In this document: positions 26,191-39,790 of the stretch, piece after piece
How the letters are laid out: every line of letters begins with the position of its first letter
Position numbering within the stretch: position 1 is the first letter of the stretch
Assembly (NCBI GenBank): GCA_028534125.1
Contig: CM052832.1
Location: 18,168,001 to 18,232,000, forward strand
Reading direction: 5' to 3'
Origin: Lama glama
Lineage: Eukaryota
Length of the DNA stretch: 64,000 nucleotides
The notes under the pieces: model-generated
Seen by the model: the letters and a program-made list of their open reading frames with translations, nothing else
Databases searched by the model: none
Told to the model about the DNA's origin: nothing
Program-made: the position numbers and the translations under genes

Positions 26191-27402
26191 ATGTACACTT
26201 CAGAAGAGAGATCTACTCAGAGAACTCAAAAAAGGAAAATATATCATGTTTGCCCTCAGAAGGGTAAAAAGATTTTTATTCGTGTGCATGAGATTACTCA
26301 AATAGATGATCAGATATACCAGTGCCTTGAACGTGAGCAAAACTTCTGTGAAAACTTAGCTCTTATTATGTGTGAGAGAACCCACACTGGAGAGAAACCT
26401 TATAGATGTGATATGTGTGATAAAACCTTCCTCCAAAGCTCAGATCTTGTTTCCCACCAGAGGATCCACAGTTACGAGAAACCTTATAAATGTAGCAAGT
26501 GTGAGAAGAGCTTTTGGCACCACTTAGCCCTTTCGGGACACCAGAGAACACATGCAGGTAAAAAATTCTATACGTGTGATATTTGTGGCAAGAATTTTGG
26601 TCAGAGCTCTGACCTGCTTGTCCACCAGCGAAGCCATACAGGCGAGAAACCGTATCTTTGTAGTGAGTGTGATAAATGCTTCAGCCGAAGTACAAACCTC
26701 ATAAGGCACCGAAGAACTCACACAGGTGAGAAACCATTCAAGTGTCTGGAGTGTGAAAAAGCCTTCAGTGGCAAATCAGATCTTATTAGCCACCAGAGAA
26801 CTCATACTGGTGAAAGGCCCTACAAGTGTAATAAGTGCGAGAAAAGTTACCGACACCGTTCAGCCTTCATTGTTCATAAAAGAGTTCACACTGGGGAGAA
26901 GCCCTACAAGTGTGGTGCCTGTGAGAAATGCTTTGGCCAGAAATCAGACCTTATCGTTCACCAGAGAGTCCACACAGGTGAGAAGCCGTATAAATGCTTG
27001 GAATGTATGAGAAGTTTTACTCGGAGTGCCAACCTAATCAGGCACCAGGCCACTCACACGCACACTTTTAAATGCCTTGAATATGAGAAGAGTTTCAACT
27101 GCAGTTCAGACCTTATTGTGCATCAAAGAATTCACATGGAAGAGAAGCCACATCAGTGGTCTACCTGTGAGAGTGGCTTCCTCCTAGGCATGGACTTTGT
27201 GGCCCAACAGAAAATGAGAACTCAGACAGAGGAGCTACACTATAAATACAGTGTGTGTGATAAAAGCTTCCACCAGAGCTCAGCCCTTCTACAACATCAG
27301 ACAATCCACATCGGTGAAAAACCATATATCTGTAACATGGGTGAAAAAAATCTTGAGCTCAGCCCTCCCCCTGTATCAGAAGCCTCACAAATGTCTTCTT
27401 GA
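26191..27402 (+). CDS. ZNF322: Zinc finger protein 322 (403 aa, KRAB-less C2H2)
   Basis: MYTSEE...QKRKIYHVCPQKGKKIFI N-terminus, 8 intact tandem C2H2 fingers with TGEKP linkers plus degenerate ones; acceptor ctttgtctcacag|G at 26009; synteny with ABT1 and HMGN4. Confidence 0.95.
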   Translation: MYTSEERSTQRTQKRKIYHVCPQKGKKIFIRVHEITQIDDQIYQCLEREQNFCENLALIMCERTHTGEKPYRCDMCDKTFLQSSDLVSHQRIHSYEKPYKCSKCEKSFWHHLALSGHQRTHAGKKFYTCDICGKNFGQSSDLLVHQRSHTGEKPYLCSECDKCFSRSTNLIRHRRTHTGEKPFKCLECEKAFSGKSDLISHQRTHTGERPYKCNKCEKSYRHRSAFIVHKRVHTGEKPYKCGACEKCFGQKSDLIVHQRVHTGEKPYKCLECMRSFTRSANLIRHQATHTHTFKCLEYEKSFNCSSDLIVHQRIHMEEKPHQWSTCESGFLLGMDFVAQQKMRTQTEELHYKYSVCDKSFHQSSALLQHQTIHIGEKPYICNMGEKNLELSPPPVSEASQMSS

Positions 27403-30338
27403 CCAGACAAGAAGCTATAATACCATAAAAAAAATGTATTTACAACGTCAGAGAACTCATTAGGATGAAGAACTCTAGGCAAATCTCAGACTTTCCTCAG
27501 AGCTCAGACTTCAATGGGGACCAGAGAATCTGCAGTTGTAGGAAGTTGAGAAACAGTTTGTCCAGAGAGCTGTCCTTAAAGAACCTTATCAGTCACTCCA
27601 GTGAGAAACCTGAAAAATGCCCTGAGTATTGAAAAACCTTTAGTCCAAGCTCACGTCTGATCACCCTCAAGAGGATTCATAAGGTTGGGAAACCTTATCA
27701 ATTTGGTGAGTGTGAGAAAGCTTTCTAGCAATACTCACCTCCTCAGTCCAAGAGAATTCACATCGGAGGACAACATATTAAATGCCCTGTGTCAACAGTG
27801 CTTCAGACAGTATGCATATCTCATTGGACATCAGAAAGCTCCACTGGGGAGAAACCCCAGCAAGTGTAAAAAAAAAAAATCTTCTAACAGAACTATGACT
27901 TTCTTACCCATCAGAGAAGCCATACTGCTGAATATTTGCATATTTGTCTTAAATATGGCAAAAGCATTAGTTGGAGAGCCTTCTTGGGTTTGCACTAAAA
28001 AAACCCAATCTGAGGAAAGACCTTACGAATTCTCTGAATGAGAAAAGCTTCAGTGTCAATGATCTGCTCTTGTGATACAGCAGGGAATTCACATAAGTGA
28101 AAAATCCTATAAATACTTTGAGTCTGAATAAAAGCCTTGCAAGAAACCCTTACCTTATTAGGCCCCAAAGAACCTGCTCTGCAGAGAATTTTGTTCTAGT
28201 AAGAGATCTAACTGGACTGTGTACATTTAATAGTATGAGAAGAACTGTTCTCATAGTTAGTTGACCCCTATAGTAGAGATGAGTTTTAATGGAGTCAAAA
28301 ATGTAAACTTTTTTTTTTTTTCTTTGAGATACCCGGAAACTTGTTCTGGGAGGAACTGGGGCAGGTCAGAGTAGGCCTGATGGGTAACTCAGGTAAAGAT
28401 GCTTTTCTTTTATCTGAACCACTTAATGATTGCTTTACTTTCCATTTTTAAAATTTGGAAATCCAATAAAGGAAAGGACTGTAACCTTGTGATAGAAGGT
28501 GTGGCATGTGTTACTGTTGGAGGAAAGAAGTACATTGACTTGGCTTCTGTTGATTTTTTTAAATTCTTGGCTAGAATGGGGACTAGTGTGTTGACAGTAA
28601 TGTGGGAACCTTTTGCTGGTTGTGGAAAGAACTAAGCACCAAGGGAGTAGTTATCCTAGATCAAAACTTCTCCCAGAGTTTCCCCTTTGGAGGGCCACCC
28701 TCATAAAGAGGCAGAATACTCACCTTTTTACTTGATGTGCATTGAGGTATACCCTCAATGGTTTCCTTTCCCTAAAATATCTTTCAGATTATTACTAGTA
28801 TTTGAAATTTTAGCTTTAGAGATTTCATTTCTTCTCAACTCAGAAATGCAAATTCCAGGGTAATAGTTACGATTTCGCTGGTATCTGTGTTTTTGTGACT
28901 TTGTTGATCGTGTTTTCTTTCCATGATAAGGTATCCTCATCAGCTCCTTACAAAATAAGGGGAAGACGGAAAGAAAGATTTAAGCCTCAGTAGGCACAGA
29001 ATAAAACACATAATGAGGCATTATTAATGGAGGAGCTAGACTTGAGAATCCTGACTCGAAAGCTGGTGTTTTTCACTCCATTTATCCTGCTGTTTACAGC
29101 ACATCAGGCCCAGTAATGATCTGCCTTTCATTTATTTCGGTTCTACTAAGGAAAGAGAATACATTTTATTTGCAGAGAAGAGATTACAATCACCACAATA
29201 AAAGGGGTATATTTGGCCTGTAATGTAGGATTCTAAATGCCAGAAGGGAAAAGTAGTTGGCAGATTCATCAGTGGTTTAATGATAAGCGCTTACCTCCAA
29301 CTTAACAGGACAATTATGATTACCTTTAACATTCTCCAGGAATAACTATAATTAATCCAGGACATAAATGGACATTTCTGAGGTTTTTTTCCTTCCCTCA
29401 GATTAAAAGAAATGTTAATACTTAAGATTCCTACAGTATTTGGGACTATAGATTGGTGAATAAATATTTTGGGTCCTCTGTTTAATCTTAGCATATCCTG
29501 AATTCCAGAGAGTGTTGGTGTTCGGATTCATGGATCCAATTGCTGTGTTGCTACCTTGCGTATGGCGCTAAGCTTTGATCCTAATGACTGGTTGATGAGC
29601 CTGGTAATCTTAGGGTCAGCAGATATAGCTCATAGTGATAATACGGAATCTGGTCCTAGGGTGTTTTTTCTTTTTTCTTTTAGAAAAAAGATCCTGAAAA
29701 TTTATTTGATCTGATGTGTTTCAGTAATTTTCATAAATAGCTCTTATACCATGAAAACTTGCTCAGTGTGATAAAACACACAAGATGTATTTCTCTTTGG
29801 TGAAAATCATGCCTATCACTAGTATATGTTTGACAGTTGTAATTCTTAAAATAGTGTTGGGTGTATGGCATGGTGGTGATGGAAATTAGTCCTCATGGCT
29901 ACTTGTTAGTCATTAGAGAGAATTTGGAGAAGGGAACAGAGTTTGTATCTTTGGCAGGGCAGTGACTTGCCCCTTCTTTCAATTAATCTTACTGGTAATT
30001 GTCTCTAGTCTTTAAGTAAATTCAGGATGGGCCATCCATCAAGCAGAGAACTTAGAGGGTATGAGACAGGTCTGAGGGCTTTTAACCATGGGGGAAAATG
30101 GTGTTGGTATTATTCATATAGCATAACCTGAGGTTGGAGAGGACCACTTGGGAGCCTGCAACCAAAACTAGAAGGTAACTTCTGGGATGGATGGAGGTTC
30201 TCTTGAAACAGTGCCAACCTAAATCTACCTCAGGTAAGTAGTTAGAGTAATTTTTTAAAGATTTCAGACCAAACAAGACACTTGTATTCAGTCAATGTAT
30301 TCCTATGCTTTAATGTTTTTGTTTTCCCTTAATTCTTA

Positions 30339-30344
30339 AATAAA
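30339..30344 (+). terminator. ZNF322: Candidate ZNF322 poly(A) signal
   Basis: AATAAA with U-rich upstream and gtttttgtct downstream, at the end of a long repeat-poor 3' UTR-like stretch. Confidence 0.5.
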
Positions 30345-33300
30345 AATTGTTCTGAAAAACTCCAGTTTTTGTCTCCATTATACTAAGAAAACGCATTTCC
30401 CCTCCTCTTGATTTAGACTAAAGCAGATATTCAGGAGTCCTTGCCAAGTGTATATGTATATCTAATTATTATGATGTACACTTTAAATATCTTACAACTT
30501 TATTTGTCAATTATGCCTCAATAAAGCTGAAAAAAAAAAAGAACAAAGTGGATATTCATGTGACCATTAGGCCAGGTGGTGATGATAACCATTGGACCAT
30601 CCCTAGAATTCTAGGAATTTTTGATGCTAAGGTAGAAAGTGAATGGAAACCTGGAAGGAATTTTTGTCTATGTGCTGCTGTGGACATTGAATCCCTTTGG
30701 AGCCTCCCCATTGCATTACATAAATGGCACAGGGAGGAGTAATAGCTTAAACTGACTATATTCAGGAAAAAATTCAGAAACAACAAAACGTCTCTGTGAG
30801 TAAGCTGCAGCCTCAAAATTAGGGGAAATTTGAATTTTCAGTTCCCAGTGAAATCCAAAAATGACTCTAATTCTACCTCTTCGCACTGGTCTTATTTGTT
30901 GGAGTCTGGCAAGGGAGATGGTGTAAAAATCCCGTTATGAAGTTGGCTCCAGTTTACATCTGTCTGCTCTGCCAACAGAACAGGTCCTAGGGTTTTAAGT
31001 GGCTTTTACTGTACGAAAAGAATTAAGTTGGATGGATAAATAAAAGGGGAAGGGAAGATAGAACAACTTCAAGTTCTTTTTTTCCTTTCGGCATTCACAG
31101 AATGGTGTGGCTAGAACAAGGCCTGCAGCCTTCATGCCCCGCCCCCCAAACTGATGCTACAACCCAACATTTAGGTGGGCTGTGGTGAGAAAATAGTTTG
31201 GGAAAAACACTAGTCGTACCCCCTACAAGCAATTGGAAGAGAAATGGTGGCCCACTGTCTGGGGAAGAAGGGAAAGGTGCATCCCAGACACGAATACACC
31301 ACAAGTGTCTCCTGAAATAGTTCATGTCGCTCTGGAGAAACAAATATTTGTAAGGCAACCGAAGATTTCGTGTTTCATGCCCAAAATATTAGCTTGTGTC
31401 ATCACTTTACCCAAGCAGAGATTTGGACTTTGAAGTAGTGAGGGAGGCTGAAGGCAGTTAACCCTTGCAGAAGGGATCCTTTTATCTGGCAGAGGGCACT
31501 TTAAAAATCAGGATATAGAGATTTTACAACTAGTAGTGACTGACAGCATCAAGTAATTGATTAGGGAGGAAAAGAGAAGACTCTTAAATTAGTTCCTGTT
31601 TATCTTTTTTACCCATTTTCAAATTCTCTGCAAACTTCTTGCACCCGGGTCTCTCAATTGCCTGGCTTAGAAAGTTGTGTTAATATATTTGAAAATGAGA
31701 AACCTTTTGTATGGAACTCTAAGTGGACCATCCTCATTGAATCCAGCACCTCTTCTAAATGGGGAGCCTCAGTCTTGCAGGCGGAGGAGTTTGGAGCTGC
31801 TTCGGGAGACATGGAGGCAGTTGGTTTGGGGGCAGCAGGGCCATACCATGGTTTACCCAATGGGCAGTTTAAACCAGATCAGTTGTTTCTGACTGGGCAG
31901 GGGACTGATAGGGGAGATGTGTGAAACGGGTGCAGCTGCAGTGACCAGTCTTAGCTCTTATCTCCCCTGTCGATGTCCTAAGCCCACACTCTCAGCCTTA
32001 CTCAGCCACCCTCTCTCCCAATAGGATCATGTGCTCCACTGAGAAACATCTCTGGCGGTCAGAGCCCTCCTGACCACTTCAAAAGAAATCTCTCTATCCT
32101 GCCTTTCTTCTCCTGAAGGAATAAATATCCTGACACCTTTAACATTCTGTTCAACAACCTCTGGAACCTTCTTCATTTACTTCTATATAGACTTTTCATT
32201 TATTTCCTTCACTGAGATTTTCCCTCAAGTCTTCAAATATATATAGATGCCCTTTCATTCCTTGTCTTATTATTTTTATTTTTTTAAGTTTAGGTTGCCC
32301 TTAATATGCTAATTTTTCTCTCCTTTTTCCCCCTTCCAGAATTCACCAGCTTAAAATCGATACTGCCTCCATTTCTAAGTGTTCATTTCCTATCGTGGTC
32401 TAATCTGGCTACATTCAGTTTTCCACCCATGTATTCTCTCAAAGATCACCAGCGACCTTTGAACCAAAGTGGATGGTGTGCTCTCCAACATTGTGCGTAT
32501 GTTGCCTGCCTCTTTTGTGTGTGTGTGTCCTGAGCAATACTGTGTAGTACTGATTCTCACCCTCTTCCAGACATTTCTTTTTGTTAACTCCTATGTTGGC
32601 TCCTTTTTTTTCCTTATCTCATAAAGCATAGTCCCTGATTACCTGCTTTCTCTTAGAAAACTTATTCATCATGTATGTACATCTTTTGTTCAAATGTAAA
32701 TGACCTCCAAATTCTCATTCCCATCAGAGCTAATTTTAGTTTTCCAGCATCCTGAATTGTCTCTCTTAAAGGCTCAAACCATGTAAAATCCAACTCATTT
32801 CTGTTTCCAACCACTGACCCATGTCCCAGTTTCTCCATTAGGATGGATGGCACCACCTGTGCTGAGCCAGGAATCATGTTTGATTCTTCCCTTTCTCTCC
32901 CACTGTCACCAGATCCTGGTATTCTTTCTTCATGTCTCTCACACTTATTCCTTCATTTGCATTCTTACTATCACGACTCTAATCCAGAAATGTATTAATT
33001 TGTTTTGGTTTTTGAGTGTCTATCCTCTTTCTCTCCATCCTACTCAGTTCAGCAGGTTGATCTGCTTTACCACTGTCTTATGCAGCCTTAAATAGATTGC
33101 TCTCCGTTGCTTATAACACCAACTGTACATTTTCTAACTTAGCTTTTAAGAAACCTAAAATATGATCCTTTTTAAAGATATATTTTCCACAGTTAATCAA
33201 GAGCAGACATTTCACCCTCATCCACTGTGTGGCGGGAGTGTGGTTTGATGAGTTGAAGGCAACTTCAAGCATGAAATATCATTTCTTTTGTCTGGTTTGT

Positions 33301-35201
33301 GAGACCAGACAAAGCTTAAGGTAATTTAGCACCTAGCATTACCCTGATTAACATTATAAGTCTATGGTGGGTGCATAAACTATGTCAGCTCAATTAGACT
33401 AAAGGAAAAACCTTATATAAATCCTTCCCCACTCATTCCACTGGCGTGGTTGCTCTGGCTCTGGGGAGTGACAGAAAGGCAGAGCTGAGAGAATTGCCAA
33501 GAGATGGGTCAAGAACCGTGCCTGAAGTGAGTTATTGCCTTCTAATTATATGAGCCCCCCAAAAATCCTTTTTGATTATGCCTTATTGAGTTGGTGATGT
33601 TCCAATATTTAGAATATAACTCAGACCTCCAGAACCTGGTCTACATTGCCTCATGTAATCTGATTCCTGCCAGCGTCTGCTATCTCATCCTTACTACTCC
33701 CTGCCTCCTACAACACTGACCACACTGGCCTTTCAGTTGCTTCTAATACTCAAGTAAGATTGTTTTTTGCCTTTACCCCAATTGTTTCTACTGCCTGGAA
33801 TGTTCTTTTAATAAGATCTCAACTTAAAATGTCACCTCCTCAGAAGGGACTTTCCAGCCATAAAGCCAAAACACATTTATATAGATTCTGAAGTTCTCCA
33901 ATCTTATTTTCCTGTCTTTCTTTCCTTACTTGTGTTTTACATAATTGAAACAGTATATGTTGATTAAACCCATACATGAAAATATCTAGTATTCAGTTTA
34001 TTAATTTGGTTTAGTTGTCTCTGTGTCCTATAAATAGGAATTAAAGGTTTTTGCCTTTAAACATAGTTAAGTTTTCTAGGTACCTAAGATGGAAATTTAG
34101 TTCATTACCATTTTTCTTTTTCTAATAGTCATATTAGAAAACTCAAGGCTATAAATTTCACTCTAAACACTGCTTTACATGTTTTCATTTTCATTCTTAC
34201 ACATGAAATGGCCTTTCAGATACCAATAAAGAACTTAATTGTGATACAGACTTTGTCCAGTCAAAGCTCAGAGGAGAGATGCATCACCCAACTCAATCCC
34301 TTATTAGGAAAACCAGTTCTGGAAGCTCCACCTCAGAGTTAGCACCTCTGGTTGGAGTTCCCACCGTGAGGGCCAGAAACTCCCAGCTACTCTGCTCCAA
34401 GCAGTTGAACTTGAAGCTGAAAGTATGTAGTTTCTTTCCTATATCCCTTGTGACATTTTCATATGGAAATTTTCCTACTTTGGAAATTCACTGTCCTACT
34501 AGGTACACCAAGAGTTAAAGCACCGGCTGTAGGAAATTAAACAGCTACAGGCAAATAAGCCTCCCTAGAGGGGAGGTGGAAAGGAAGTGACTTTTGTTAA
34601 GCACTTATGTAGGAAGAACTACTATTTCTTTTTAAAACATTAAAATCTGGTATTAAAAGACCATCTGAAATAACTCAACATTCATTTGTAAGAAGGAGTG
34701 TGCTGTGGCTTGACCTGAAAGTATCTTTACTGAGGGTTTGCCTGAACTTGCAGGCTTATTGTCCAGTGTCGTTTGTTCTTGAGGGCGAATTATGCTCAGC
34801 ATGGAGAAGATCAATGTACCTCTTCCAATCCATGAGCATGGAATATCTTTCTATTTACTTGTGTCTTCAATTTCTTTCATCAATGTCTTATGGTTGCAGC
34901 ATACAAGACTTTTACCTTCTCAGTTAAAAGGCATTTTATTTTTTTTAATGCAGTTGTAAATGGGACTGTTTTCTTAATTTCTTTTCAGGTAGTTTATCGT
35001 TAGTGTGTAGAAATACAACTGATTCTTGTATATTGATTTGGTACTCTGCAACTTTATGAATCTGTTTATTCTAACAAATTTTTGGTGGAATGTTTAGGGT
35101 TTTTTTATATATAATATAATGCCATCCACAAATAGTGACAGTTTTACTTCTTCCTTTCTGATTCAGATGCCTTTTATTTAATTTTTTTACTTGCCCAATT
35201 G

Positions 35202-36060
35202 TTCTTCCTGTTGCAGACTGGATTTAGGTTCCTGGGAAATACCGCCCTCCTTTTCTTATCCATCTTTATTTTCTTCACTGGCCAGAAATGTAGGCATTTA
35301 AACCTGATCTTTGCTTAACTAACCTTGGTCAATTCCATACTACTCCTCTTCAGAGTCTCTTCAAGTATATTGAATTAGGGGAAGAGGAGAATTATTTTCT
35401 GGAAGATGTTGGGTATAAACTTCCTTTCTGTCTTCACTGAGTTAGGTGTGGAGTTCCTGTCTGCATCGTCTACTTTCTAAGATACTTTCAGCTGGTTGTC
35501 ATCAGCCACAATATGCAATGAGAGTAGCACACAAAGCTAATGCCTCAAAGTATAGTTTTCCCTCCTGTCTCTCTTGCTGGATCCTCAGTGCACTTGTGTG
35601 TGTAATTGAACCAGGAAGTCATCAAAATCTCACAGGGGCAATTGATTTATATTACTGCTTCTGGCTTCATGATTTTGCTTATAGAACAATAATGTCTACC
35701 TCTTGAGACACTTTCTTTTTCGACCTTTTTGTCTATTCTTGCAGCTAGACAATGTATATTCTTCATAGTCATCACCAGAAAATCCAGCACATTCATAGAA
35801 ACAGCCTTTCTCCAAGACCATAAGCTGATGTCCAAGCAACTGATTAGTACCTTTGTCTCTGCTTATGGCATTAATTGCAGCTTTCACTTGTGGACTATGT
35901 ACTTTATAACTTCTAGTAATTGGCTTTGCCTTCATGACCTTTTGTTTTCCAGCAGTAAGCGCTTTTGTTTTAGTAACCAGAAACAAACTGTTACCCAAGT
36001 TTTGTTGTACTCACTGGAAAAATTTAAGCCACTTTTGATGGTGATTGTATGATTTTTCCA
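35202..36060 (+). pseudogene. Vomeronasal type-1 receptor (V1R) pseudogene
   Basis: Manual translation: FFLLQTGFRFLGNTALLFLSIFIFFTGQKCRHLNLIFA*LTLVNSILLLFR; NYFLEDVGYKLPFCLH*VRCGVPVCIVYFLRYFQLVVIS; KYSFPSCLSCWILS; LISTFVSAY. These are V1R motifs with stops and frameshifts. Confidence 0.8.
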
Positions 36061-36769
36061 AGAAATGAACCAGATACTACTTCGTTGCTCAAGGCTGGGA
36101 CATTTGGTTGAGACCTAAACCAGCCCTCTTGCCTGCAGCAGAGGCACACAACCCAATAAAGCAGAATAGACCTAAAACTCAGCCTGAAGATTCTTGATTC
36201 AGAAATAAATTGTTGTTGTTTTAAACCACTGAGATAAATAACATTACTATAAATGAATTTTGTGACATATACTCATGGTTATAAAGTAATATATCTACAT
36301 TTCTTTAATTACCTGGGTTATTTTAAATTTAATATTTAGGTTTCAGATACATCTGGAATTTGGTCTAGCCTATGGTGTGAACCATATCAGATAGCTGCAA
36401 GTTATTGCCATACTGTGTATTAATCTTTTCTCCAGAGATTTAAGGTGAAATGTTTTTCATACATTAAGTTTTCATATATGCTGAAATGTTGGGATTTTTC
36501 TGTTCAGTTTTTCTGTTCTTGAATATTTTACCAATAATACCCAGTTCTAATTATGGGGGCTTTATAGTATATTTTAATGCCTCTTTAATAACACTTTTTA
36601 TTTTCTCTCTGCACTTTGCTGCTCTTCTTGGGTCTTAAGTGTGCTCAGCTTGACAGCTCATCCTACAAATCTTAGGACTTAGCAGCTTATAATCACATGA
36701 ACAAACTCTTTGAAATAAATCAATCTCTCTCTCACATATGTATATATACATACATATACACACACATAT

Positions 36770-37840
36770 ACTAAGTGAAATAAGTCAGAGAAGGACAAAT
36801 ATTATATGATTTCACTTATATGTGGAATCCAAGAAACAAAACAAGAAGCAGAGTCATAGATACAGAAAACAAACAGGTGATTGCCAGAGAGGAGTCGGGT
36901 GGGGGATGAGAGAAGTTAATGAGGGAAATTAAGAGGTACAAAATTCCAACTACAAAATAAATGATTCACAGATATAAAGTGTACAGTGTGGGGAATACAG
37001 TCAACAACAATATAATGTTGTATGGTGACAGATGGTTACTACATTTATCGTGGTGATCATTTTGAAATGTATAGAAATATGGAATAACTATTTTATGCAC
37101 CAGGAACTAACATAGTAATGTAGATCAGTTATACTTCAAAAACAAACAAATAAACTCATCGAAAAAGAGATCAGATTTGTGTTACCAGAGGCAGAGGGTA
37201 GGGGTTGGAGGAATTGAATGAAGGTGATCAAAAGGCAGAAACTTCCAGTTATAAGATAAATAAGCACTAGGGCTGTAATGTACAAAATAAGTTGTTGAGA
37301 GTAAATTCTAAGAATTCTAATTACATGGAAACTTTTTCTTTTTCTTTTTCTTTTTCTTTTATTTTGTATCTATATGAGATTATGGGTGTTCACTAAACGT
37401 ATTGTGGTAATTATTTCATGATGTATGTTAAGTCAAATCACTATGTTGTACATCTTAGAGTTATACAATGCTGTATGTCAATTATGTCTCAATAAAACTG
37501 GAAGAAAAAAGAAACTGAGTGTTCTGAAAATAAACAAATAAGGTTACATCAAACTAAAAAGCCTTTGTACAGCTAAAGAAACCATCAACAAAACAAAAAG
37601 GCAGCCTACTGAATGGGAGAAAATATTTGCAAACAATATATCTGATTAAGGGTTAATATCCAAATATATAAAGAACTCACACAACTCAATATCAAACAAA
37701 CCCCAAACAACTCAATTAAAAAAATAGGCAGAGGACTCAAATAGACATTTTTCCAAAGAAGATGTGCAAATAACAAACAGACACATGAAAAGATGCTCAA
37801 CATCACTAATCACAGAAATGCAAATCAAAACCACATGAGT
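36770..37840 (+). mobile_element. Stacked LINE-1 3' fragments
   Basis: ctaagtgaaataagtcag...ctcaataaaactggaag, then ORF2 3' sequence gcagcctactgaatgggagaaaatatttgc. Confidence 0.8.
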
Positions 37841-39162
37841 TGTGTGAGTTGGAGGCCAAATATTTGAATCACTACTGTCATAAGGACAAAGAAACCAAAG
37901 AGACCAACAGTAACAGTCGAAATATTCCCCCCAAAACAGTAATTTAAAAAGTGGTGCAAAAAAGGAAAATCCCTCATTCTCTCAGTAATCATCTCAGGCT
38001 CCATGCTGATGAGTTAGCAAATAAGTCTGCTCCTTTTCTTAGCCATAGTAAAGTACAGTGTCTCTGGCAGCGAGCCTATGCATTATATGGAAACTATTTA
38101 ATGAAGAATGAGCATGTTCTGGGCTTATTAGTGGCTTAATCTAAAACTGGCAACTGACAAAATACGAGGGACTGAAAAGGTTTATTGAACAAGATTTGCC
38201 ATGAAATAGAGAACAATAGAATCCAAAGACCAAGATGGCATTGTTAATTTTGGGAAAAATAGAGGCTTCACAATAGAATCTACTCGGAAGATTTAAAAAC
38301 TAGCAACGCCTGGCTTCTTCCAAGAGATTCTGATTCAATGGGTCTCAGAATGATCTGGCCCTAGAAAATAATTTTTTATTTTCTCAAGATATTCTTACAA
38401 AAATCTAAGTTTGAGAACCATTGGGGTAGAGAAATTGTTAAGATTTTAAAAGCAACATATTAGGTAAATATTTCAAGCAATCTGTTATCAATGATGAAAG
38501 AAACAGATCATTCTCTACTGCCTGATATGAAAAACAAAGCTTATGCTGGGAACAGGAACAATTACCTTGATGACCTTGGAGAAAACTGGAAGATAACTTC
38601 ACCATTGTAATTAAAGGCAAGGGACTAAATCCCTGTGGACTAAGAAGTTTAACTAAGGGAAAAAAACCCTATCAATTTAAGCCTTTTTATTAACGTAGTC
38701 AGTGCTATTATATCTTCTTGAGAAACGCCAGAAGGTAAGATTGGAAAAAGAAGTTTAAATTACAAAATTTCTAGGGCTTTCTTGGTTTCAATGAGGCAGA
38801 AATGGATGAAAATCTCTACTATTTTAGACACTTCCAGAGCAATAGATGTATTTTCATCTTAACTAGGCTTACATTAATTCATCCCACATTTAAAACTTCA
38901 GTAATATTAGTCTTGATTAGGTCTTGGGTTCTTTTTAAAGAATATTATGTGAATATAAGAATTATTATGATTTGACTGCTCTGTAATGTACACTCCTTTA
39001 AACACATTCAGAGAATTTCTTTATCAATCTCATCTGCTACTTCAAGACTCCTTTTTTTTCCCTGAGAAGCACATATTTAACTCTGTGTAAAGCACAATTC
39101 TGTTTGATTAAAATAGTATTTCAAAGATGTAAGGCATTACTTTACCTTTCAGTGGCCTATAC

Positions 39163-39293
39163 ATTAGTCAATTCTTTTTTTATTATGTATATTTTTATTG
39201 AAGTATAGTCAGTTTACAATGTGTCAATTTCTGGTGTACAGCACAATAGTTCAGTCATATAGGAACATACATATATTTGTTTTCATATTCTCT
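39163..39293 (-). mobile_element. Short L1 3'-end insertion with TSD
   Basis: T-rich start, tttttattgaagtatagtcagtttacaat; agtggcctatac repeated at 39151-39162 and 39294-39305. Confidence 0.75.
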
Positions 39294-39369
39294 AGTGGCC
39301 TATACTTTAGAGAATAAGTCATTACATAAAATAATAGGATAAAAATAAAAATGGAAATTAGTATATATT

Positions 39370-39790
39370 TTATGGATTGCTTTGTGTCCCTCAAAATTTA
39401 TATGTAGGAATCCTAAACCCCAGTACTTCAGGATGATACAGTCTTAACAAGGTAATCAAATTAAAATGAGGTTACTAGGGTGAGTGTTAATCCAAATGAC
39501 TAGTGTCCTTATAAAAAGAGGAAATTTGGAGACAGACACAAACAGCAAGATTGCCATGGGAAGCTGAAGGAAGACATCAGGGTTATTTTCTACACAGAGA
39601 TTGCCAGCAGCCACCAGAAGCTAGGTAAGAGGCATGGAACTGATTCTTCTTTGCAGCTCTCAGGAGGAACCAGTCTTGCTGAAACCTTGATCTAACATTT
39701 GTAGCCTTCAGAATTGTAAGACAATCAGTTTTGATTGTTCATTTCACCTAGTTTTTGGTACCTTCTTATGGCAGACTAACAAACTAATGC
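39370..39790 (+). mobile_element. MaLR (MLT1-type) LTR
   Basis: tgtgtccctcaaaatt, gtgtccttataaaaagagg, ccaccagaagctagg, gaaaccttgat motifs. Confidence 0.75.

Noticed and set aside
35696..35998. 100-aa minus-strand ORF suggesting a processed pseudogene
   Set aside because: Better explained as the antisense of the V1R pseudogene
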